Part shown: piece by piece, positions 1-11,553 of the stretch
Numbering within the stretch: the first letter of the stretch is position 1
Layout of the letters: each line of letters begins with the position of its first letter
Assembly: GCF_001194135.2 (NCBI RefSeq)
Contig: NC_068986.1
Span: 24,380,932 to 24,414,386 of the forward strand
DNA: 33,455 nucleotides
From: Octopus bimaculoides
Lineage: Eukaryota
Reading direction: 5' to 3'
Notes under the pieces: model-generated
Told to the model about the DNA's origin: nothing
Databases searched by the model: none
Seen by the model: the letters and a program-made list of their open reading frames with translations, nothing else
Program-made: the position numbers and the translations under genes

Positions 1-27
1 CAGTATTAAGTAATTCGCATGGCTAAC

Positions 28-132
28 GTATGTGTGTTTGTGTGTGTGTGTGTGTGTGTGTATGCGTGCGTGCGTGCGTGTGTGCGTGCGCGCGTGTGTA
101 TGTGTGTATGTACATGTATATATGTGCATGTA
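28..132. repeat. Compound (TG)n/(GCGT)n/(TA)n microsatellite
   Basis: Direct reading of tandem TG and GCGT units. Confidence 0.95.
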
Positions 133-227
133 TAAATGTATATATAATAAGTTGAGTTATACTTTCCTCTTTTTCATATATCTAAAAGCATATTTATGAA
201 TATGTGTTGTGCATAAATATATGTATC

Positions 228-312
228 TATGGATGACTGGATAACTGGATGGCTGGATGGCTGGATGGCTGGATGACTAGGTTGATGAATGGCTGAGTGG
301 ATGAATGGATTG
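228..312. repeat. Degenerate (TGGA)n tetranucleotide repeat
   Basis: tggatgactgg, tggctggatggctggatgg and gatgaatgg units. Confidence 0.8.
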
Positions 313-557
313 ATGAATAGCCATATGTGTGCAGTTATGTATGTCGGAAACGTGCAATCTGTTTTAAGTGGATTCAATCTACATTGCATTTCAATATATT
401 TCGTGTTCGCTTTTCCCTTTCTACACACTTCTCTTGTTAAAATGCACACAATGAATTAATCATGCCATCTTTAGTGAGATTATAGTAATTCCTTAATAGC
501 GTATAGTCTATGCTAAATTTAACAGGCAATCAGCTTGTCCATCGGGTATTTATCAGG

Positions 558-749
558 TGTTTGTGTACATAGTGTTTGTCTTGTGTATGCTTGTATGTGT
601 GTCTGTGTGTGTGTTTTATGTGTGTGCGTGCGTGTGTGAGTGTGTTGTGGTGTGTGTGTGTGTGCGTGTGTGAGTGTGTTGTGGTGTGTGTATGTGTGTC
701 TTTTTGCATGTGTGTGAGTTTGTGTATGAGTGTGAGTGTGTGGTATGTG

Positions 750-807
<58 letters not shown>

Positions 808-825
808 CTGNNNNNNNNNNTGTGT

Positions 826-872
<47 letters not shown>
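558..872. repeat. Long interrupted (TG)n microsatellite with assembly gap at 811-820
   Basis: TG runs with point interruptions; source of the spurious THTH/VCVC ORFs. Confidence 0.95.
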
Positions 873-875
<3 letters not shown>

Positions 876-3577
876 GTATTCATTGGTGTATGTAAATATT
901 TTCCGAAAGTCATTACGTCTATACTCCCCCAGCGTCTCTTTTGCTCAACCGTTTACAAACAAACCTAGCAAGATCTTACTGGTCTTATATACTACCATCT
1001 TAAAAACAACAAAAGCCTCATCGTGTAATGCAATGCTAGATACATTATTCCTGAAACAGAGACGTCCAGAAAATATTTTATTCAATGACCCTGAAGCTAA
1101 AATACTACACAAAGTAAACTTTGCTATAAATTGCTATTGCTTTCCAGAATTACTTAGTTTCTTTTTGCACTAAACTACATGATAAATATTTAAATTATTT
1201 CCTTTTAAAACCGTCTCGAGATATCTGAACAAATTTTACCTTGTTTGCTAGCAATATATTTGCATCAAACTATAACGATTACTTTTAGCACTACAAAGAT
1301 CACAAACTATTATGTACCAGAATATACATTTTCTACCGGATCATAATTATAGCCACAGAGATAGAAAAGAAACGAACAGAAATTTCATTTGTTTTTACAA
1401 GAATCTTATTGATAGTTTCTCTTAGGAACAACTTTTATAGCTATTCTTAGCATATTGTCTCGTTTTGTATTATAATGATAACTATTATAGTTATCCGTTT
1501 GTTTTACACAACAAACTAAATATAGGAACTCATGAATTTAATCTCTGCATTCTCCAACTTGAATATCAAAGGATTCTGATTGCCATGAATTGTCTTCAAG
1601 TCAGAAGTGGAACATTTTATTTTTAATGTAAGATATCAAAATATTTTTATAGTTATTGTTGAATTTGGGAGGGGTCATACTGCTAATAAAAGTACATGTA
1701 CTGGTTTTGTTTCATTTCAGTTTTCTCACCTATCAATTGAATGATCAATTTATCAATTGATTGCTCGATTTTTCTCTCAAGTTCTTTTCATCACAGTTTG
1801 TGACTTTACCAATGACCATGTACTCCTCAACTACCTCAGTACTTACTGCATGTTTACTGTTCGTCTCACAAATCTTAGATTAAGTGACATATAAGTAAAA
1901 CATAACCAGTCTGTGAGCTTATATCAGATTTAACACATGATTTTAGATCAAGGGCCTTGCAAACCAAATAGAGGGCGAATGTTTTATAGTTGCTGTTGTT
2001 TTAAAGATGGTTTTTGCTTCCAATGGAACTGCTACTAACGATATTAAATATAATAGATTAGTATACATTTCTTCTTCTGCAATAAAAGTATGTGGATAGT
2101 GTAGTGTACAAGAGGATATATTTATCGATATTTTACCGAAGAGTGCATGTTCGGATGATTGTAATAATTTTTCTGCCCAATGTGTGCGAGGATAGATTGA
2201 GAAGAATCAGTTGCAAGCATAATCTGAGTCTTGCTGGACTTGTCTTCTGTAGTAATACAGTCACTCTTTGTGTTTAATTTGAAGATGGTGGCCTGAGATT
2301 AAATCAGGTCAGCTATGGCATCGACTATTCTCACTGGAGCTTTAGCAAGTTGTATGTATGTATGTAACTACTGAAAATCTGTAGTTTGTGTATGTCTATG
2401 TTTGCGTCAGTGTATGTTCAATTGTGTATATGATTGCATGCATATTTCTATGAACACCGTTTTGTGTGCCATACTATAGATCTGGATTTGATTTCCTGTG
2501 GTAATGATTTCGGGTTCGGTATCACCTTGAAACTGTCAGTCATATTGTTGAATATCAAGTCAGCGTGAAGCAAAGTATCTATAGATAGAATTTAGTTAGA
2601 ATTATTAGATTTTCTTGTTAAATTTCTGGATGGTGGAATAATGTGCTGGTGTATTTGAAATTTAATTACGATATGATAGAAGAATGAAAGGAAGAAGAGG
2701 TAAAGAAGCACTTACAGGGCTTACAGTCCCTGGGAGCTACCTGATATCGTAGCTCCCATTTTCCACGCTCCAACCTTATAAGGATTCATTCAGCATTTGA
2801 AAACCAAGTAACAACTACTCAAATGCAAAGAGACAGTGTAAAATATATGACAAGGCAGAACGACAGCAAGCTATGAACGGAAACAATTATACTATTGAAT
2901 AAAATGAATTAGAAATTACTGGACTGACTATAGAGCTAAATTGAAATTAAAGAGAAACATTACAAGAAGTTTTTTCAAGATACAATTTAGAAAAGTGCAT
3001 ATCACCTAATGGTATTGCCCATTCATTTCACTGCGCATCTGATAGTAAATTAAATGCATCAAGTCGTATTCGAATTAGTATGATGAAGTAATTCAATTAC
3101 TACAGCAAGCAATACACATTCTTGCGAAAAATTTTATCCATTTCTACTTCATACAGTTTCTTTCCTTTTTTAGATAGATTTCACTGAAATGGAAATGTAG
3201 CGTTGAACTACAACTTATATATAAATACTTACAGTATTTTTTTTATTATTTAGGTGGTAAGTTTTCTTTTATCATGACTACTTTGGAAAAAGAATAGAGC
3301 ATATATAACATATACACTAAAATCAATTTGCACTCTCTTCCTCCTGATATCACACAAATATACAATATGGGGCAAAGAGACACGTCTACGTAGCCGGTAG
3401 GTTTCCTAACAATACCATCCAATCATACTGTCTCTATATCTGAAGATATCGTAGATAAATTAAAGGTAAATGTACTATTTTTGAATAGATATTGGTGGTC
3501 ACGGATAGACTACTGTTGATCATAAATGTAGATTATCTAAAATTTAACTGAAGGGGATCGCACGGTAACAAGATATA

Positions 3578-3736
3578 CACACGCACACAAACGATTACAC
3601 ACACATACGTACATACACACACATACGTACATACACACACACTTACACAGTCACGTGCACACATACACGGACACGTACACACATACACATATATCATATA
3701 TATGTATATATATATATATATATATANNNNNNNNNN

Positions 3737-3775
<39 letters not shown>

Positions 3776-3856
3776 AAGAAGAAAGAGAGAGAGGGACGTA
3801 CATGCACAAATACACAAACATTACCTGTCTATAAATATATATGTATGTATGTATGT
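3578..3856. repeat. Compound CA/TACA/TA/(gap)/GA/ATGT microsatellite
   Basis: Direct reading; ends in atgtatgtatgtatgt at 3841-3856, next to the RLE LINE 3' end. Confidence 0.9.
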
Positions 3857-3879
3857 GTCTATGCATGTGCGTATATATC

Positions 3880-4830
3880 CATGTTCTTTTGCATTGATTT
3901 ATTATTTGAAGTCTTCCCGTAAGAAAGGAATTCTTTTGCTAACAAACATACAAAGCTTCCTCATTGGAGTGAAGATAACCGAAACAAATTCATTTTTCGA
4001 ATTAAGAAATAGGTCTAGCATATTTCTAATGTTCTACTTACTAATTGTATTTGTAATGTTCGAATTAAATGGTAATTTCTTTTTCTGAATATCCCAGCCC
4101 TTCCAGATTTTCACTTTGGCATTTACAAAATTGAATCCAGCAAGCATTAATGGTATAAATGTGGACTTATAATCTGGGTATTAAAGTTGAACGTTCCGGA
4201 GCAATTTTCCGTAATTATCCTCTTGTTCTTCGATTTTCGAAGAGATATTCATATCAGTGGGGCAGCTTACATCTAAGCTGGTATAAGGGTTTTCTCGTCT
4301 GTCCCAAACAACAATATCTATCCTATTAAGTTTGCACTTGGTAGAAGTTTCATTGGTAAAGTTCCACCAATATTATTTCTGTTGATGTTTATGCATAACA
4401 GGCTGTTCTCCACAAGCTTTGTTCGTATGGTATTGTATGTTGTTTTAACGACAATACCGTGTCGTATTGGGAGATAGTAATTCTATTACTTTTGGGGGGG
4501 CAACTGTTAATCATGTGTGATGTCTTCCACACAAATATAACATAATCTGTACTTTCGGATGCAACTTGCGGCGCCAAATGCTTCATTAATTTTTGCTTAT
4601 TACGTATTTTGTTGCACTCTCGTACTCCTGGGTTGGATATACAAAATTTCATGCTGCATGTGAATTTTGTCAGTGAACAGGTCGCGGTCTCATAGCGACG
4701 AAAATATTTTGGCAAATTAAATTTAAATGTTGAAGTTAATCTAACGGTGGTTATTGTGTTTCTTAAATGGCTTATAAACATCTTCCACGCAGCAATTGTT
4801 TCCGCTCCAGCACAAGATCTCAAATTAGGT
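3880..4830 (-). mobile_element. Decayed 3' part of an R4/Dong-like non-LTR retrotransposon (zinc-knuckle region, restriction-like endonuclease, 3' UTR)
   Basis: Minus-strand translation across frameshifts: YPTQEYESATKY (4604-4630), VEDITH..INSCP (about 4495-4530), YYLPIRH, YWWNFTNETSTKCKLNRIDIVVWDRREN (DIVVWD at 4301-4318), LDVSCPTDMNISSKIEEQEDNYGKLLRN, YPDYKSTFIP, LIRTLQIQLVSRTLEIC. This matches the (P)DIV..D..P.D..I..K..EK..KY RLE pattern of R4-clade elements. Confidence 0.85.
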
Positions 4831-5349
4831 CACTTGCTATGGAAGTACATCTCCGTAAGAAGGGTTATCTTCTAGTCTTAATCTTACTATACGCTTTTGT
4901 TATATCCCAACACCTATAGTAACAAATATACACTGGGTCATACTTTAAATAGATATATGAATATTTGGACTAGTTAAGAATCCTAACGCTAAGCTATCTA
5001 TCTTTTTTCTTTTTAATATTGAACATTATAGACAATCTATAATTTAACCAAAAGCAATGAGCAACATATTAATATATAATCGATATATTTTAATCAATTT
5101 GATTCTAAAACTGAACTTTCTGCATCAGTTTAAGAGAATATGGGAAAAAAATGTATTAAAAACAGCCGATTACAGATACTTCCCGTCTCAATTTAAAGCT
5201 AAAATAAATATTCAGTGATTCCTTTTGAGAAATTATGAGAAAACCATAACAGAACAGCTTTTTAGATTTTAATACTCTAATACTCTTAGCAGGGAATTAG
5301 TTCAGTTAGACTGTCTATTTTTTATATATTTTTCTCTACGTTTATGTCA

Positions 5350-5355
5350 GTGAAT

Positions 5356-5414
<59 letters not shown>

Positions 5415-5762
5415 NNNNNNNNNNNNNNNNNNNNNNNNNNNNNNNNNNNNNNNNNNNNNNNNNNNNNNNNNNNNNNNNNNNNNNNNNNNNNNNNNNNNNN
5501 NNNNNNNNNNNNNNNNNNNNNNNNNNNNNNNNNNNNNNNNNNNNNNNNNNNNNNNNNNNNNNNNNNNNNNNNNNNNNNNNNNNNNNNNNNNNNNNNNNNN
5601 NNNNNNNNNNNNNNNNNNNNNNNNNNNNNNNNNNNNNNNNNNNNNNNNNNNNNNNNNNNNNNNNNNNNNNNNNNNNNNNNNNNNNNNNNNNNNNNNNNNN
5701 NNNNNNNNNNNNNNNNNNNNNNNNTTTTTTTTTTTTGCTCCTTCGGTTTTTTTTTTTTTTTT
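5350..5762. repeat. (TG)n, assembly gap (5415-5723), poly-T
   Basis: Direct reading. Confidence 0.95.
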
Positions 5763-5777
5763 TGTGTGTGGGACGTT

Positions 5778-5830
5778 ACCGACCCCAAAAAGATGAAAGC
5801 CAAATTTGATTTTGGCGGTTTTTGAAATTA
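5778..5830 (-). mobile_element. SINE family A (tRNA-derived, Nin/Deu-like central domain), short fragment
   Basis: accgaccccaaaaagatgaaagccaaatttgattttggcggtttttgaaatt resembles the reverse complement of the central block of the 27557-27760 copy. Confidence 0.7.
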
Positions 5831-5837
5831 CTAGAAA

Positions 5838-6040
5838 TTATGGTTTGAAATTTTGGACCAAGGCCAGCAAATCTGATAGGGTTAGTCGATTACATTAACT
5901 CCACTGCTCAATTGGAAATAATTTTACCGCCCCGAAATGATGACAGGCATTGACGACGTTGGTGGCATTTGAAATCAGAAACTAAAGAACCATCTGAAGT
6001 TCTGCTAAAGATTTTGTCCGACTCTCTAACGATTCCTTGG
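5838..6040 (-). mobile_element. SINE family A, near full length, diverged
   Basis: Reverse complement aligns by eye with 27557-27760 and 29088-29278 from head (ggaatcgttagagagtcggacaaaat) through body to the tail (atcgactaacc ... gctggccttggtccaaaatttcaaacc). Confidence 0.8.
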
Positions 6041-6494
6041 GCTCTCTGGCTTAAGTTTTCAATTAATAATACTACAAAACACATCAAATTACACACTGCA
6101 ATCTTAAAAATTGAGGAGTTCATTGGATAATGTAGCCCTTGCTATGTTGCTTTTGACTGTAGCATATTGCCCATGTGTCATTCTTTAATATCTAGTATTG
6201 TGCTGTATTTTTAAAAAGAAACAAAAATATATTGATAAACAGTTATCATTATATATTCTCCGAAATAGACCTGTTAGACTTTTTTCATAACAGCCATTGT
6301 CTCTATTAAAATCCTCTATAACCAGAATTGTTTACGTTAACATTTACCATCACCCATATTTTATAGACTATTTTATAAAAAACAAATTCGGTTATATATT
6401 GATTTAAGTTATGCTTCTCTGCAGTCAGTTAGACGTGTGTGTGTGTGTGTTTCATACTTCTATGTATATAAAGAAGGAAGAAAGAAAGAAAGAA

Positions 6495-7562
6495 AAGCAC
6501 GAATACCAAAAATCACGACAAAAGTATGCAAGAAAACTGGAAGAGATACACTTTTATTTCATTCTATGAAATGAAAACAAAGAGAAATGATAGGAATTCA
6601 CACTTCCATCAATGGAAGTTACAAAATATACAAATCACCATAGAATATACTCAAAGCCCACTCCCATTTTAAATATCCTAAAAAAGAAATTCAACGACCG
6701 AACAGAAACATAGATATACTCTAAAACTACGAGCACCATACATTAACTAAATTTCACTTCGTGCCATCCGAAACACTGGAGTAAAAGTCTTTCATTATCT
6801 AAGAGAATCTTTATAATGGTCGCCGAGTCAAACATCCGTGACATGAATCTTTGTGAAGCTGAAGATAAACTCCTAAACAGGAATTATCCACCATCCTTAA
6901 TCAATAATGGAATACAATTCACCAAGAAAATCAATATCATTGTACTAAGTCAAAGAAAGAAATATATGGGAATTGAAAATTTTACCTTATATTTCCACCT
7001 AAAATGCTAGAAACAATGAAGGTTAAAACATACTTCAAAGCATACCGACACTGACAATGGATTTCAGTCTTGTCTTTCTCCTTCAAATATATATTATCAT
7101 AAAGAGCAAAAGACAACGAAAACAAATATTAACAAAAGACAAGGTATGCACAATAACAAGAGAGCGAACGAAAAATATGCAGAAGATCCTAATATGGTAT
7201 ATTAGGAAGGACCAACGATCCATTTTAGATAAGGACGACTTGACAGAATATAAACAAATATAAGCCCATGCGCCTGAAACTATAATCTATGCAATTACAG
7301 CTCACGATTTTGAAAGAAATATGTAGAGCAAACCGTATGTCTTTAAGATAAGGTATGTCTCTCCATAGACGTCAGATCAGAATAACGGAGTATAAGTATA
7401 GACTAATATAACTCCGTGAGAAACATGTGCTGGTAAGATATTTAACAATTCTGACGCTCTGCCTTTTATATCACTTTGCCCATAGTACATCGCAACAGCA
7501 ACGCGTTAACAAAGACATATCTTTCCTGACAAAATACCGATCAACTTCTAAACCACTGTAGA
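6495..7562 (+). mobile_element. Decayed Penelope-like retroelement ORF (RT C-terminal half plus GIY-YIG endonuclease)
   Basis: ENWKRY..FI (6532-6555, catalytic DD apparently deleted), IQITIEY, LPF.NIL, NFTSCHPKH (6750-6776), LLNRNYPPSLINNGI, LPYIST, IIKSKRQ, IIYAITA (7282-7302), YVEQT (7320-7334), CAGKIF, FLTKYRS. Motif order fits Penelope/Poseidon-type elements. Many stops and frameshifts. Confidence 0.85.
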
Positions 7563-7990
7563 TGAGAAAGAATAACGGTTTCTACTAAAACCGCTACGGC
7601 TGCAGCTGCTATTGTCACTACAGCTGCTACTCTTTCTGTTAATACAACTGCTGTTACGGCTAATACTGCCTCTCCTGCTACTGAAGGAGAAGACAAATGA
7701 CTCCGAATACAGCTACGGCATGTAGTATTTTCACCGATATTACGTCTGTTGCTTGAACTAGTACTGCCGCTTCTACTAGTGAGGCTGTTAAAGCCTCAAA
7801 TGCAACAATGATCATTATTGCCACTAATACTGCCACCAAAGCCATACTGTCTCTACAAGTAATATCCACTCCTTAACGCGACACTGAAAGTAAGGCTAAA
7901 AAATAAAATCTACTTAAAGTTTTACGACTGCTGTTATGATCCAGAAACTACTAGAAGGAGGCTAGCGACGATCACCGTGTACATTTTATA
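7563..7990 (+). mobile_element. Probable 3' non-coding (pseudo-LTR) region of the Penelope-like element, ACT/GCT-rich
   Basis: Directly follows the ORF end; low-complexity ACT/GCT tract; contains a hammerhead-like core. Right boundary uncertain. Confidence 0.45.
7676..7720 (+). ncRNA. Degenerate type I hammerhead ribozyme relic
   Basis: tgcta-CTGA-a-GGAG-aagacaaatga-CTCC-GAAtA-CAGCT-acggca. Shows core fragments CUGA and GAA.A, a 4-bp stem II (GGAG/CTCC) and most of a palindromic CAGCUG stem III. Core nucleotides are missing, so likely inactive. Confidence 0.45.
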
Positions 7991-8204
7991 AGAGAGGCAC
8001 ATGAACTCCCAAAATTGATGTCATAAACGATTAATTTATCTCAATTTCTAACGTTTTCATGTAGCATGACTAAATTGCTTTTAACAATTGAAACCAGTGG
8101 CATATGCTTATCAAAATGTAAACATGTTTCCTTTTTATTTGTAATAAAATTCTAAAAAAAGTTTTCCCATATACTTTTTTAATGTATACATATACGCATA
8201 CAGA

Positions 8205-8209
8205 CACAG

Positions 8210-8255
<46 letters not shown>
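8205..8255. repeat. (TA)n microsatellite
   Basis: Direct reading. Confidence 0.95.
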
Positions 8256-8256
<1 letters not shown>

Positions 8257-9113
8257 CACCATCACCTGGTACATGTATTGGGGTCACGTTGGATCAAATC
8301 GTATGGTATTATTTTGTCGTGTGTATCTTCCAGATGGTGAAAGAAAACAATATGGCATGAATCTTTATCTTCACATAGAAACGCATTTTTCTATTAAAAT
8401 AAGGAATGTCAATAAATCTATAATTCATCAATGTCATAGAAAGGAAGCGACGAATTAATCAAACGGGAATTAATTTACTTACGATCCAACTCAGATATAA
8501 ATATCAACATTTCAATACTTTATGTATATTCTCTTTTGTGTAGTACATCGAAGAAAGTTCCTCAACGTTCTCGACAGATGAAAAACATAGAAGTGATCCA
8601 CAGTAATTTACAAGGAATAGATTCTTTGCTGACCATTAACCTATTTCTAAAAATTTTAATCAACTGGGCAAATTAAATAACTGCTGGTAAAATCTTAACT
8701 CTCATGTCACACCAATCAAGAAAACAGACGAGAAAGCTACTAAGCATAAAGCGAAAACCTAAATCATAGTCACATCCATATGCCCACATAATCGCACATC
8801 AGTACATATATATGATTGTATATGTATGTATAGATGGATATGTAAATATATATATATGGATATATATATATACAGTGAAAATAATAAGGGTAGAAAATTT
8901 AGAGAAATTTTCCTACCGGTGACCAGCATGCGTAATAAAGTCAATAGACAANNNNNNNNNNNNNNNNNNNNNNNNNNNNNNNNNNNNNNNNNNNNNNNNN
9001 NNNNNNNNNNNNNNNNNNNNNNNNNNNNNNNNNNNNNNNNNNNNNNNNNNNNNNNNNNNNNNNNNGGGTGTGTATAGATTTATATGTATACATATTTATA
9101 TCCATACATATGC

Positions 9114-9153
<40 letters not shown>

Positions 9154-9384
9154 TTATTTATATATATATATATATTTATTTATATATATATATGCATGTA
9201 GGTATCTATGGGTATTATGTACGTGTGTATGTATGTACTATAGGTGATGAAATGCTCAAATGCCGTTTCCGTAGTTTCTTCTTATGTTTCTTCAATCCTA
9301 TCTTCTGAAACCAACGAAAGACACCAACTGTAATGCAATAGAAACGTTTTCCACCTGAAATTTAGTAGGTGACATCAAATAAGG

Positions 9385-9445
9385 CTCACAGTGTGCATTT
9401 GATTCGTTTTTCTCCAGTGTGTATTCGTGTAGTATTTGTATGTAT
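9385..9445 (-). pseudogene. Isolated decayed C2H2 zinc-finger linker relic
   Basis: Minus strand cga ata cac act gga gaa aaa cga atc aaa tgc aca c tgt gag = RIHTGEKRIKC, then a frameshifted TGT (Cys). Stops on both sides. Confidence 0.4.
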
Positions 9446-9762
9446 TTAATGCTATTAGCGATAAGAACAAAAACAAGACGGCAAGAACGTAAAACTATGA
9501 AAGATTCAGGTGATTTACTACAGCCATAAAAACAGTGAGAGCATTAAATTCTCGGAGTTGCCAGGATGCGTGGAATCATCGATATATCGGAAATAGCACA
9601 TACGACAGAAATTTCTGTTAATGATCGTAAGAAACTTAACAAAAGTGCTTTAGTATATGGGATACTTTCAATACGTTTCTTATTTTCATACGTGTATACA
9701 TACAACATGTATACATTCGTATATATTGTTAGACATACAATTACTTATATACATTTGCACAC

Positions 9763-9866
<104 letters not shown>

Positions 9867-11420
9867 TTAAAGTATATTTGCATATGTGTGTGTTTGACGT
9901 TCTTAATTCGTGCATTTCAAAATTATGTTTACAGTTTTTATCCTTTTATATATATAACTTTACCCATTTTCTCTCCGCTATTTGACTCTTGAACCCTCAA
10001 AATCGAACCTAGTACGTCGCAGGCTTCGTTTCAGGCTCCATTTTGAGTGAATGATTCCCATTCCCCTTTGCAACAACTTAGTATAGGGTCATACGTACTA
10101 ATATTCACTCCTAATACGCAAACAAAAACACAGAACCTAAATTATCTATACATAAGAATGTTTTCTAAACTTACCGGTAATAGTTTCTTACATAGAATTA
10201 AAATATATTATAAATACGATAAAAGAAAGGAAAGAAAAGCTTTCTTTCTAATGAACGAAAGCTATTTAAAATGTGCATCGTAATCACTGATGCGTGAGCA
10301 ACTTCTCACTTGAAAACATTGGACTACAAAATTGGAATGTTGTGCCATTCTTTCAGCTTTAGAAAATAGAGTTGGTCTTGTAATGTTTCTGTTTTATGGT
10401 TCACTGAAATCTATTTTCCAAACGAAGAAATCTGGAGACTTTATATGTTATTCAAGTGTGTGATTCCAGCACTCTATCTTTTGCAGGAATTATATCCTTT
10501 GTTTATTTAGTGTGTCATTGTGCTATACTGTTATTTTTGCTAGATCAGTAATATTAGAGCAGGTCTTTAATCAAAGATATTTCCGCTAGGACCATCCCGT
10601 CTTTTATTTAAATAGAACATGCATCTAAGACTATGTTAACCAATCTAAGCATTTTAAAACGAAAATATAGGGGAAATCTAAGGAGATTTAACTGCTCTAT
10701 TTAACGTAGGTGAGGTCATTGCGTATAGCATTTTAATGGCGTTTAGTTTACCATTAATTCAGAAAATATATCACTATATTTGAAAATATGGTTACAGTAT
10801 TGATTCTGATATTCCATATCAATGAACAGTTATCAACTAACAGCATCATATATGCATTTACTTAAAATTAGTCCCGTGCAAACTGCAATACAGAATAGAT
10901 TGATATCTTAATTTCAAGTGATTGATACCTTAATTTCACTAGTCTCACACAGTTATTATGACCCTCACCTAACTCATTAAAGGTTTTAGTTTTAAAAAAT
11001 ACGGGGATGCAATTATGTGTGGAAAATGCTAAGAAATAGTGTATTTTGAAAAAAAATATATAATAGTTTTCCGTGGCTTTTTTTTTGCATAGTTAGACAT
11101 AAAATAAAGTAGAAGATAGATTGCTAAAAATTGCTGACATGTTGACAAATGATATACTGTGAAATTTAATTTCCCTTCTTTTTTTATTGATCTTAATATG
11201 TTACTGTATACGAAAGTCGCATACATTCCTAAGCAATGCAATAATCATTTGTTAGAAATGAAATCGAATTGTCGGTATACCGTCTATAAGCGTTACTTTC
11301 ACTACATGTAGAAAGTATTAAGTGGAACTTTGTAGGAAGCTTCAGCGAAACTTTGTCGAGATTGTCACCCCGTTGGCTTTGCTTATTTATTTGAAAGTAA
11401 AGACCTTCAATTACACCATT

Positions 11421-11553
11421 CGATTATATTGACCCCAGTGCTCACCTAGTACTTATATTGTCGACCCCGGTGGAATTTGACCTCAGACAGTTAAGACATG
11501 GAAAACGCTGTTAAGAATCTTGCTCGGCGTGCTTCTGAATGTACCAGCTCGCC
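11421..11553 (-). mobile_element. SINE family A with internal deletion
   Basis: Head ggcgagctgg (reverse complement of 11544-11553); body aligns with 27557-27760; about 26 nt between two gtcgacc motifs is missing. Confidence 0.75.

Noticed and set aside
1040-1130. QRRPENILFNDPEAKILHKVNF resembles a kinase catalytic-loop segment
   Set aside because: No HRD, no DFG, no good splice acceptor; the frame begins in a microsatellite. Treated as chance.
174-1173. Track ORFs rich in THTH/VCVC and other ORFs spanning X runs throughout the window
   Set aside because: Translations of microsatellites and N gaps, which lack stop codons; no coding signal.
2180-2366. CKHNLSLAGLV followed by an (ATGT)n tract, like a decayed RTE 3' end
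   Set aside because: Only a 4-5 residue resemblance and the His residues are absent; too weak without a profile search.
8540-8680. Pyrimidine-rich acceptor-like site followed by short open frames
   Set aside because: No recognisable protein and no convincing donor; such sites are common in AT-rich DNA.
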